A DNA stretch of 64,000 bases. Source: Patescibacteria group bacterium. Lineage in GTDB: Bacteria; Patescibacteriota; Microgenomatia; UBA1400; PJMF01. The notes beneath the pieces are model-generated. The model did no database searches, was not told the DNA's origin, and saw only the letters and a program-made list of their open reading frames with translations. Below, in pieces: positions 48,344 to 56,699 of the stretch. Location of the stretch: contig JBMORQ010000003.1 in assembly GCA_049322575.1 (NCBI GenBank), forward strand, positions 17,719 to 81,718, in the 5' to 3' direction. Made by a program: the position numbers and the translations under genes. Numbering within the stretch: the stretch's first letter is position 1; the number at the start of each line of letters is the position of its first letter.

Positions 48344-50746
48344 TTGACATGTGTATTAGATGAGTTACAATTGCTTTTTACATATTTGATGTGTATCGAT
48401 ATGTTAAACACAATTGAACGTATAACTAAAAGAAATCGAGGAATTAGATCATTCCGCAGGAGTGGCGCAGAGCGACCAAACCCCGATGTTTCTTCTGGCA
48501 CGCTTGCTGCATACCTTTTGCTAGAATTTTTAAGTCGAGAGACTGCCAATAAATCAACTATTCCCTCAGTCGATAAGACCATCACCTCAATTGAACAGCA
48601 GTTAAATACTCTCGAGATTGAGATACCAGAAGCACTAGATATTGATGGTTCAAACGAACTTGCTTATCATTATTTAAGAACTTTGAAGGTCGCTCAATAC
48701 CTTGACGGAGGTCTAGACACTAGAAACACCCCATCTCAAATTTATACCACAGCCACCAGGCTAAATTTGGAACAACAATTAGCTAATCTCCCAGATGGCG
48801 TGGCTAATGCTTTCACTAACCCCGCATTTATTCTTAGACAAGAACTTGCCTCGATGGGTTTACATGGATTTGATATTTATTGTGATGCAATTATTAACGG
48901 CCCACTTGTTTCAAACGCAACTGAAACCAGAATTTTACATAAGATCAGAGAAGCCAATCCTGAGTTAATAGGTAAGGAGTTAAATAGACTCTCAAAATTG
49001 ATTAAGAAACTGTCATTGTTAACCTATGACGCTGGCTCCACCACTGGCAACAGCATTCACCAGGACTCTCAAACCTTCTCAAATCTAGAAAAATGGACCA
49101 TGTTTTTACAACGACTTGAGCGTATTGAAAACGAAAACCAAAGAAGAATAGCGGCCAGAATAGTCATGGAAACTGTCCGTCAACAAACAGCCCTAACTCG
49201 AGCCGATGGCCTGGGCTTGGCGTTTGATTCAGTATTTGGTATTTCAGGTACACACTTTATGTATTTCATGGTAAATGGCGACCAAGAAGGTGTGTTGTGT
49301 CAACCTGCCGCCTCGGGAAGTACTGTGGGGGATGCTGCTAGAGGGAAAAAATTAGGTGGTGGTGTTGGTAGCTGCGCAAATTTACCAGAAAACAAAAATC
49401 CCTGCACCAAGGTCGATGTCACGATCGTACCCAGCCGTAAAGAAGATGGTTCCGCGCTGAGTTTTGAGGAATACCGTTTCCTGCAAATTAAATCGCTTGT
49501 TGAGGGTCTGGAAAAAAGCTTGAAAATTTCTGAGACCACCAATAATCCACCTCAGTTTAGCCATCTAGTTGCCATTCCACCCAAGTGTGGCTTGGTTTAT
49601 AAACAAGCTGAAGAGCTTTTAAATAGCTTTGACCTAAACTATCTTTTAGAGAGCTCAACATTAACAAACAAAGCACAAAAAGCGATAATTACAAAGTTTT
49701 TAGAGAAGCAAGGCAAATTCTTATTGATCATCGATGCTGCTCAAGAGCGTTGGCTGGTAGATCCAGCTAAAGTTTTGCAATTGTTTGAAAATAAAGGTAT
49801 TGCCACTGTCTGGATGAGCACTCTTTCTAAGTCAATCGGAGCCGCAAAGTTGGCCGGTCTTTTTTACTTTAATTCACAGGCCACTGAGTTGGTTGCTGAA
49901 AGAATTTCTAGGGCTACTAGAGAAGAAATTCTCAACATAATTCGTTATTATGCTGTTGGTTTCTTGAGCCCAGCACTTGAGCAAGCTGTAATGCAAAGAA
50001 TCGAGACACTGAATGCACAGCCCAATGCTGAGAAAATACCCACAGAATTAGCTATCAACTTCAACCAAGCAGCCAAAGTTCTGGCCTCCACAGAAACATT
50101 AGCGGAGTTTAGAGCTGCCAATAAACACGACATAGACCAAGAAGGTGAACTTCAAGCAAGTATTAACTGGTTAAGGAACATTACCTCCGCCAGCATTAAG
50201 GATCATCTCCAGATCAAATTAGTTGATGACCAAGATGCTTCACCCTCAATGATTCAATCATTTCTCATTAAGGATTTGCTTGGTGAGCCATTCAGCTCTA
50301 CCATGTTAAAAAGACTGAGAGTGATGCTCCGAACCGGCGTTGCTTTTAATGAAAATAGTAGCAAGCTAGAATTTTTTGCTACCAAAACATTTTGTGGCAA
50401 CCCATTTGATGACATTACTGCCACACCCAAGAGAGATGAAAACGGTAATTTGCTAGACGTTGCCATCAACAAAACCAAACACGTACCTTTCTTAAGGTTT
50501 GGACCTAGAGCCGAGCTGATCATGACCATAAGCAAATTGTTAAACGAAAAACAGAGACTGGAAGCTATTGAACAAAAAACTGAGGATGACTTGGTTCAGC
50601 TCAATGCTGCTCAAACTCAACTAATAATCATCGAAAAGTTATGGCAAGAAAATATTGATCGATTGAGAAATGTCGTTGAATATTATCATCTGCTTGCAAC
50701 AAAGCTTTATCAGGATGGAACATCTAATAGACTTGTAGTGAAATAG
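48344..50746 (+). CDS. Large orphan protein (up to 800 aa), predicted soluble and alpha-helical, no recognisable domain. The true start may be an internal Met.
   Basis: A long uninterrupted ORF with balanced composition, no signal peptide or TM, no Walker or nuclease motifs. Its stop codon TAG (50744-50746) lies inside MITE copy C. Confidence 0.55.
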   Translation: MTCVLDELQLLFTYLMCIDMLNTIERITKRNRGIRSFRRSGAERPNPDVSSGTLAAYLLLEFLSRETANKSTIPSVDKTITSIEQQLNTLEIEIPEALDIDGSNELAYHYLRTLKVAQYLDGGLDTRNTPSQIYTTATRLNLEQQLANLPDGVANAFTNPAFILRQELASMGLHGFDIYCDAIINGPLVSNATETRILHKIREANPELIGKELNRLSKLIKKLSLLTYDAGSTTGNSIHQDSQTFSNLEKWTMFLQRLERIENENQRRIAARIVMETVRQQTALTRADGLGLAFDSVFGISGTHFMYFMVNGDQEGVLCQPAASGSTVGDAARGKKLGGGVGSCANLPENKNPCTKVDVTIVPSRKEDGSALSFEEYRFLQIKSLVEGLEKSLKISETTNNPPQFSHLVAIPPKCGLVYKQAEELLNSFDLNYLLESSTLTNKAQKAIITKFLEKQGKFLLIIDAAQERWLVDPAKVLQLFENKGIATVWMSTLSKSIGAAKLAGLFYFNSQATELVAERISRATREEILNIIRYYAVGFLSPALEQAVMQRIETLNAQPNAEKIPTELAINFNQAAKVLASTETLAEFRAANKHDIDQEGELQASINWLRNITSASIKDHLQIKLVDDQDASPSMIQSFLIKDLLGEPFSSTMLKRLRVMLRTGVAFNENSSKLEFFATKTFCGNPFDDITATPKRDENGNLLDVAINKTKHVPFLRFGPRAELIMTISKLLNEKQRLEAIEQKTEDDLVQLNAAQTQLIIIEKLWQENIDRLRNVVEYYHLLATKLYQDGTSNRLVVK

Positions 50747-50783
50747 CATTTTTATTACAAAATTTTATTTCGCTACAAGTCTA
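50728..50783. repeat. Minimal MITE-like copy C (56 bp): the two TIRs joined by a short AT-rich spacer
   Basis: TAGACTTGTAGTGAAATA...TATTTCGCTACAAGTCTA. The TIR variants (GTG on the left, GCG on the right) are swapped relative to copies A and B. Confidence 0.7.
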
Positions 50784-50784
50784 A

Positions 50785-51564
50785 TTAACTATCTGGGTAA
50801 CGCAACATCACTTGAATCATACGAATTGTAGTCAGAGCGTCGAGTGCTTCGGCTAAATTATCAACACAAATGTGGGCTAGAGATATTAGTCCTTCATCGG
50901 GTTTTTCTGGATTAATAATGGCAATAGCTAACCCAGCAGCTTTGAAAACTTCGTAATCGTTTGGCCCATCGCCAATTACCAGACAGTTATCAAAATCAAC
51001 GCCTGCCAAACCCGCTCTTGATCTACCCTGACTCAATTCTTCAAGAAAAACGCTAAGCTGCTCATGCTTCCGAGCTGCTTGATCTGGAAAATAATCGAAA
51101 CTGACCAGTTCGCCTGTTCGCTTATCCCAATTAAATCTGGCATTAGCTAAATACCTGGAAACCCCCAGAGTACCTGCAAATACTTTGGCAAACTCTTCCA
51201 ATGAGCCTGTTAAGATACAACAAACAACTCCCCAATCATTTAAAAAATGAACTAGCTCTTTGGCCCACTCTTTCGGCTTAAGCTGTTCAAATATTTCCTC
51301 TGCCTTCTCTTCGGAAATACCTAAGCCGTTCCATAAATCAACCCAAATCTTCATTGCTTGATCAAAAGTCATCTCATTTTTAGCAAAAGAGGAATAGGCA
51401 GCAAGATGAATAGCAACATTTGATTCAATTTTGTCGGGATCAGACAATCCCTCTGTCAGCTCAACCCAAGAGTTTCCTTCGTACAGCGTGCCATCTACAT
51501 CAAGAATGGCAGCGTAAATGCTTGGTAAAAAAGAATCTAATGACCTTCCACCTCTTCTAATCAT
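50785..51564 (-). CDS. HAD-superfamily hydrolase (HAD-IB / phosphoserine-phosphatase-like)
   Basis: 'AAILDVDGTLYEG' motif I, and 'VIGDGPNDYEVFKAAGLAIA' motif III/IV. Confidence 0.7.
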   Translation of the reverse strand: MIRRGGRSLDSFLPSIYAAILDVDGTLYEGNSWVELTEGLSDPDKIESNVAIHLAAYSSFAKNEMTFDQAMKIWVDLWNGLGISEEKAEEIFEQLKPKEWAKELVHFLNDWGVVCCILTGSLEEFAKVFAGTLGVSRYLANARFNWDKRTGELVSFDYFPDQAARKHEQLSVFLEELSQGRSRAGLAGVDFDNCLVIGDGPNDYEVFKAAGLAIAIINPEKPDEGLISLAHICVDNLAEALDALTTIRMIQVMLRYPDS

Positions 51565-51663
51565 CCGACGAGTATATCACCAGAGTAATAATTCAAAATA
51601 TGTCGATATTACGCACCTTTTTCGATTCATGCTCCACCGTTGGACTATAAGCATCGTCAAACC

Positions 51664-51693
51664 AAAAACCCCGGCACTCGGCCGGGGTTTTCT
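51664..51693. terminator. GC-rich hairpin (CCCCGGC / GCCGGGG) flanked by an A-run and a T-run. Intrinsic terminator for the minus-strand RRM gene; possibly bidirectional.
   Basis: Sequence AAAAACCCCGGCACTCGGCCGGGGTTTTCT lies directly downstream (minus sense) of the stop at 51710. Confidence 0.6.
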
Positions 51694-51709
51694 ATTTGTG
51701 TTAAGACAA

Positions 51710-52099
51710 TTAACGATCGTTGTTACGACCGTAGCCTCGATTTCTGTCGCCACCAAAGTCACGACGTCCACCGCCAAAACCACCACGGCTGAATGATCCG
51801 CCACGGCTGTTGTTGTCACGTGGAGCACGAGGTCGAGCGACGTTAACGATTAGTTTACGACCACTCATCTCGGTTTCGTTGAGAGCCAAAGCGGCCTGAG
51901 CTGCTGATTCCTCGACGAAACGAACAAAAGCAATACCACGAGAACGACCGGTCATACGATCGGTAACGACTTTGACTTCTTCAATCTCACCGAATTGAGA
52001 AAACAGGTCATTGAGTTCAGCGTCGGTTGTGCTGTATGGCAAATTGCCGACAAATAATTTTTTTGGATCGGCTTGTGCCGACTCATCTTGACTATACAT
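51710..52099 (-). CDS. RRM-domain RNA-binding protein with a Gly/Arg-rich (RGG-type) C-terminal tail
   Basis: RNP-2 'KLFVGNLPYSTT' and RNP-1 'RGIAFVRF'. Tail 'GGSFSRGGFGGGRRDFGGDRNRGYGRNN'. A GGAGG RBS lies upstream of the ATG at 52099. Confidence 0.75.
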   Translation of the reverse strand: MYSQDESAQADPKKLFVGNLPYSTTDAELNDLFSQFGEIEEVKVVTDRMTGRSRGIAFVRFVEESAAQAALALNETEMSGRKLIVNVARPRAPRDNNSRGGSFSRGGFGGGRRDFGGDRNRGYGRNNDR

Positions 52100-52274
52100 A
52101 TAGTCTCTCCCTCCGCAATTACTAAAACTTCTGCAGCGGAGCATGCATTTAGGCTGAGAACGATTCAGAAACGAGGGAAAAAGACCGACGAAGAAAAGTT
52201 CACTAGACCAGGTCTAATTATAGCAGATTTTTACAATAAATCATGACTAGTTGTTGTAAGTGTATTTGTGGTAA

Positions 52275-52745
52275 TTAGGTCGATATTTCAAGCAATTTTT
52301 CCAGTTTTTTAAGTTGTTGTTCGTGTTGCTCAACCTCAAGTAAGAAGACCTGCATGCCCAACTCCATAGCTGGGTAAATATCTTTACTCATTGAGTCACC
52401 TACCATTAAAATTTTAGTCGGAGACAGTCCCAGAGATCCACAAGCAGCCAAAAAAATCCGTTTGTCTGGCTTAGAAAAACCAACCTCGTCAGCGAAGGTC
52501 AAACTTGAGAAATAACCATCAATACTTAGTTTTTTTAATTCATAACGGGCTGTTAATCCTGGCGAGTTAGAAAGCAAACCTAAACGGTATCGTGAGTTTT
52601 CAATCTTCTTCAAAAGCCCAGTGACCCCTGGAAAAAGCACCATCTCTGTTTGGCTATGATCCGCCTGATTAGCTTGATAAAAAACCAATGTTCCTGCCAA
52701 GTCAAATACAACCGCCTCAACTTGCTGACAATCAATTTTATTCAT
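52275..52745 (-). CDS. HAD-superfamily hydrolase (small, beta-PGM/phosphatase-like)
   Basis: 'AVVFDLAGTLV' motif I and 'MVGDSMSKDIYPA' motif III. Start taken at MNKIDC. Confidence 0.6.
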   Translation of the reverse strand: MNKIDCQQVEAVVFDLAGTLVFYQANQADHSQTEMVLFPGVTGLLKKIENSRYRLGLLSNSPGLTARYELKKLSIDGYFSSLTFADEVGFSKPDKRIFLAACGSLGLSPTKILMVGDSMSKDIYPAMELGMQVFLLEVEQHEQQLKKLEKLLEIST

Positions 52746-53508
52746 GGCTCTCGGAATATTTCTTGAGGTATTTTCCGGGCTCTGCCTTGAGCTTGTTGTA
52801 TTGTTGATGAGTTCCAACATCATAGTAATAGCCATTCTCAATCACAAAAGCGTAGCAAGCTGCCCTATCAATCAACCAAGGCACAATTGCCCCAGGTGAG
52901 TCGAGATTGGCACCAGGCAGACTGGCATATTCTTTAATCAGTGGCAATACTTCCTTAGGGTAGATGTAGATGGGAACCGAGGCATAAGCAGCCTTGGGTT
53001 CAGCTGGTTTTTCCTCGAAGCTGATGATTTTCCTGGTAGATACATCCACCTCCACGCAGCCAAGCGCACCAGCTATTACTTGGGGATCTTCTTTGCGCAC
53101 TACGTTGACAAAGCCGCGATGCTCTCGATAGAAAGCCATGAGTTTTTCAAAATCGATATCAACCAGAGTGTCACTCGGCAATACCAAGACATCGTCATCC
53201 TGACCGATTTTTTCTAAAGCCAAAAGCAAATCACCAATCGCTCCAAGACGTTTCTCAGATTGACTCACGCCATTATCCACTAAGACAAAAGCCTGATATT
53301 TGGGTTGATGCAAAAAATCCTCAAAATGCTTGGCAACCACTGAATTGGCTACCAAGACAAAATTACCCAAATCAGGCAACTTAATAGCTTCGTCAAGTAG
53401 ATGGGCCATCATCGGCAGGCCACCGATCTCCAATAAGCCTTTGGGAAATGAATCTGTGAGTGGGCGCAAACGAGTGCTAAAACCAGCACCCAAGACGATT
53501 AAATTCAT
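52738..53508 (-). CDS. Sugar-phosphate nucleotidyltransferase (NTP_transferase family)
   Basis: 'MNLIVLGAGFSTRLRPLTDSFPKGLLEIGGLPMMAHL' N-terminal GxGxR motif. Confidence 0.7.
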   Translation of the reverse strand: MNLIVLGAGFSTRLRPLTDSFPKGLLEIGGLPMMAHLLDEAIKLPDLGNFVLVANSVVAKHFEDFLHQPKYQAFVLVDNGVSQSEKRLGAIGDLLLALEKIGQDDDVLVLPSDTLVDIDFEKLMAFYREHRGFVNVVRKEDPQVIAGALGCVEVDVSTRKIISFEEKPAEPKAAYASVPIYIYPKEVLPLIKEYASLPGANLDSPGAIVPWLIDRAACYAFVIENGYYYDVGTHQQYNKLKAEPGKYLKKYSESHE

Positions 53509-53530
53509 ATCTCTTTCTTGCATTGCTGGA

Positions 53531-54220
53531 TTACTGCGTCAGCTTTTCCAAACCCATTAAACATTCTTGCTTTTCCTCACCAGAGAGACTATCGCAAATA
53601 GCTCCAAGCTGATCAGCACTTGGTCTTACTTCTTGAAGAGCCTGGTTGAGATCAACAAACTTGACCGAAGTTGGTGCAATAAACTTGGATGAATCAACTT
53701 TCCAGTCCTGGCACTCAAGCTTTAGATCATCTGCCAAAACTGACATCTGATTCTCTTCCTCATCTTTTGCAGCTTGTTCAGACTCAGTTAATTCTGGGTT
53801 ATCTGATAAATTAGATTCTACCGATTCATCCACAGGCATGTCCTTGGAACTCATTTTGACACCCTCTGTTGCACCCTTCTCCCAGATATAAACAATCTCA
53901 CCATCGCTTAAAATGTAACTTTCAACGGTCTTTTCTCCTAAAACAACACTGGATTCCACAAAAGATCGCTTGCCATCGGTGTAGACCGTGCCCATGCTAG
54001 TGCCCTCTTGTTGCCAGGTGCATTTTTGAGCCTTGTTACTTGCAATCATGTCTTGAATAGAGCCGGAGAAACTACCCAACTCTTGATCCTTAACTTCTCC
54101 CTCTACTCGTGTATTTGTCTCCTGTGCTTGATCAACTTGACGATCAGTGCCAACACCACAAGCAGCCAAGCCCAAAGAAGCAACCATTACCATCGAAAAA
54201 AGAAGGACGTTTTTCTTCAT
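53531..54220 (-). CDS. Hypothetical lipoprotein
   Basis: 'MKKNVLLFSMVMVASLGLAACGV' lipobox; acidic mature part; no homology recognised. Confidence 0.5.
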   Translation of the reverse strand: MKKNVLLFSMVMVASLGLAACGVGTDRQVDQAQETNTRVEGEVKDQELGSFSGSIQDMIASNKAQKCTWQQEGTSMGTVYTDGKRSFVESSVVLGEKTVESYILSDGEIVYIWEKGATEGVKMSSKDMPVDESVESNLSDNPELTESEQAAKDEEENQMSVLADDLKLECQDWKVDSSKFIAPTSVKFVDLNQALQEVRPSADQLGAICDSLSGEEKQECLMGLEKLTQ

Positions 54221-54306
54221 ATAGCCACATTCTAACAAAGACCGACTTAAAATTCCCAAGTAAAATCCAGGCTAAATTGTCTTCAACTAAACATTTTTTA
54301 AGCTAA

Positions 54307-55947
54307 CTAATAAAGCTTCTGTAGATATTCCTGAAGCATTCTTTTGGCGCTAAACTGCTGGGCTAGATTAATCGAGCCACGCATCATTTGCAGCCATTTT
54401 TCCGGAATGCCCGCAGTATTGCGCTCGAAATAGAGCGGCACAATTTGTTGCTCTAACTTTTCATATAAATCAGCCGAGACGCGATTGTCATCCAACGTCC
54501 AGCCCAAGCCATACCAATCGACCTCGTGCGCCCAGCCATCCGGCACGGTGCACTGTAAAACACCGTTGGCAATTGCTTTCATGCCTGAAGTACCAGATGC
54601 CTCCATACCAAACTCTGGCAGATTAAGCCAGACATCAGAGCCCCGCACCAACATCTTGGCCACATCCAGGTTATAGTTTGGAATGAACAAAGCATGGCCA
54701 GAAAGTTCCTTGGCCATGTATTTAATGATTGTCTGGAGACGGATCTTTCCAGCCTGATCAAGCATGTGAGCTTTGCCCGAAACCAAGAGCTGAACAGGCC
54801 GATCTACCTGGCGCAAAATAGCTCGTAAACGCTCGATGTCTTCAAAAATTGCCTCAACGCGCTTATATCCAGCCAGACGCCGAGCCCAGGAAATAACCAG
54901 ACTATGTGGATCGTAACCAAATCCAGTTTGCAGAGATACAAACTCTGCCAAGCGGCGCTTATTTGCTTGATGAATCTGCCAAAGTTGCTCGTCATTAAGA
55001 TCTGGCTTAGCTAACTCTGGGTCTTGCCAGGTGGGAAGGTGCACGCCGTTAGTCACATTCGTCCAGAGATATTGTGGCCACTGCTCAGCCGAGAGTTTGG
55101 AATGAATCTGGCTAACGCCGTTGGCTCGGTGAGAAGAATTCAGCGAAAAAGTTGCCATAGAAAAACGATCGGGCGCCTCTGGCGAAATTCCCAGCTCTAA
55201 AAGCTGATCAACTCCAATGGCCATTTTATCGGCGTAATACTTGGCGTATCGACGAATTAGGGACAAATCAACCGAGTTATTCCCTGCCGCCACCAAAGTA
55301 TGATTAGTATAAACGGTTTTACTGACAGCCAACTCCCTCGCCTGGCGATAATCCATGCCATGTTCATCCATCAACTGACGAATCACCTGCCAAAGCATCA
55401 AGGCCGGCCGGCCCTCGTTGAGGTGATAAACGGAGGGATGAATCCCCAGGGTCTGGAGCAACTTGACACCACCCACCCCCAAGACGAACTGCTGCTTGAG
55501 CGTCACCTCTTCGTTGCCAGTATAAAGGGCGTGAGTGATGCTCCGCTCTGGGAGCTGGTTTTGATCGGTGTCGGTGTCGAGCAAATATAAGGTGACATTG
55601 GGAGCGTAGCTCTTTTTCCAAACTCTCGCCCAGATATCCAGTTCTGACAAATGGACGCGAATGAACAACGGCTGATCATCGAGATAAACATGTTCCAACC
55701 CTGCCGAGAGCGGCTCGAAAATCATATCTCGATCCTGTTGCATACCATCTTGGTCGATCTGCTGCACAATGCCCTCGCCGCGATACATCAAGCCCAAAGC
55801 CACAAAAGGCAGATTCTGATCTGCGGCTTGTTTGACAGTGTCTCCCGCCAAAACCCCCAAACCACCAGCGTAAAAAGGCCAGTTGGTCTGGAGACCATAC
55901 TCAAAACAAAAGTAGGCAATGGGGTTGTGGGGTGTGATTTGAGGCAT
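54307..55947 (-). CDS. glgP: Alpha-glucan phosphorylase (GT35, short GlgP/archaeal-type)
   Basis: 'FEYGLQTNWPFYAGGLGVLAGDTVKQAADQNLPFVALGLMYRGE' matches the GT35 N-terminal block. The PLP-site region 'SGTSGMKAIANG' is the conserved EASGTSNMK variant. Confidence 0.85.
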   Translation of the reverse strand: MPQITPHNPIAYFCFEYGLQTNWPFYAGGLGVLAGDTVKQAADQNLPFVALGLMYRGEGIVQQIDQDGMQQDRDMIFEPLSAGLEHVYLDDQPLFIRVHLSELDIWARVWKKSYAPNVTLYLLDTDTDQNQLPERSITHALYTGNEEVTLKQQFVLGVGGVKLLQTLGIHPSVYHLNEGRPALMLWQVIRQLMDEHGMDYRQARELAVSKTVYTNHTLVAAGNNSVDLSLIRRYAKYYADKMAIGVDQLLELGISPEAPDRFSMATFSLNSSHRANGVSQIHSKLSAEQWPQYLWTNVTNGVHLPTWQDPELAKPDLNDEQLWQIHQANKRRLAEFVSLQTGFGYDPHSLVISWARRLAGYKRVEAIFEDIERLRAILRQVDRPVQLLVSGKAHMLDQAGKIRLQTIIKYMAKELSGHALFIPNYNLDVAKMLVRGSDVWLNLPEFGMEASGTSGMKAIANGVLQCTVPDGWAHEVDWYGLGWTLDDNRVSADLYEKLEQQIVPLYFERNTAGIPEKWLQMMRGSINLAQQFSAKRMLQEYLQKLY

Positions 55948-56309
55948 TATGAGTGAATTGTTTTAATGGTTGCGCCATATTTGGCTGTGATATTTCTGGC
56001 CGTGCTATTTCGGTCCGCGCCGGCCATGTTATTTAATGATTTTTAGATGTTTTCAGTTTATGTGATTTTTGGGGATTTCTGAATAATCAAATCATTTGAG
56101 GTGGAATTAAAGGGCTGGAGTCATGATGGATTTTTTATTGATTTTGTCGTTTTTGATTTGGAATGTAGAGTGGCCTCTGATTCATTAGAAATAAGCCTAT
56201 AATATTTACATATTTGTCTTTTTAAGATAAAATAAGCTTGTTGCCACCATCCCCAAAACAAGTCACAGCGACTTGAGGCGGGGAACCCGGCAACAAAAAG
56301 GAGGGAGGC

Positions 56310-56510
56310 ATGAAAAAACTGCCTTCCGCTTTAACGAGGGCCTTAATGGCCCTCCCCCGCTGGGTTCGAATCCCAGCGGGTATCAGCCTAATTGCCGGCC
56401 CAAGTTTTTTTCTGGCTTGGGCGAGGCAAAACAATCCCGATGAATGGCTATGGATCGCCATAGCCATCATCGGGTCGGTGATTTTTTCAGTCGTTTTTTG
56501 GAACGACTGA
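56310..56510 (+). CDS. Small (66 aa) two-TM membrane protein
   Basis: Strong RBS AAAGGAGGGAGG 5 nt before the ATG; two hydrophobic helices; followed by an intrinsic terminator. Confidence 0.45.
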   Translation: MKKLPSALTRALMALPRWVRIPAGISLIAGPSFFLAWARQNNPDEWLWIAIAIIGSVIFSVVFWND

Positions 56511-56519
56511 GAACAGGTC

Positions 56520-56556
56520 GCCCCCACCTGAACCAACGGGGGCATTTTCCTTTTTA
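56520..56556 (+). terminator. Rho-independent terminator (GCCCCC / GGGGGC stem then a T-rich tail)
   Basis: Sequence GCCCCCACCTGAACCAACGGGGGCATTTTCCTTTTT lies directly after the stop at 56510. Confidence 0.6.
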
Positions 56557-56699
56557 CCTTTCTCCCCACCCTTTCCTCCTCCCACACACCCAGTGTTTTT
56601 GCTACACTAGATTGAGTAATTAGTGGAGTGTTTTGGACTTCTTTGGCCGCAGCCGCCCAATAATCCAAAAAAACATCCACAAAATCGATTAACCCTGCC

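Noticed and set aside
34352-50783. Possibility that the MITE-bounded segment is a prophage or integrative element
   Set aside because: No integrase, transposase, recombinase, or phage structural or replication genes are recognisable in the segment. Only the MITEs and the tRNA suggest mobility, so it is reported as an accessory segment and not as a defined mobile element.
51518-51828. Overlapping ORFs 51518-51796 (+) and 51577-51828 (-), Thr/Val-rich
   Set aside because: These are alternative-frame readings of the GC-rich Gly/Arg tail of the RRM gene and of the terminator region. The RRM frame has clear RNP motifs.
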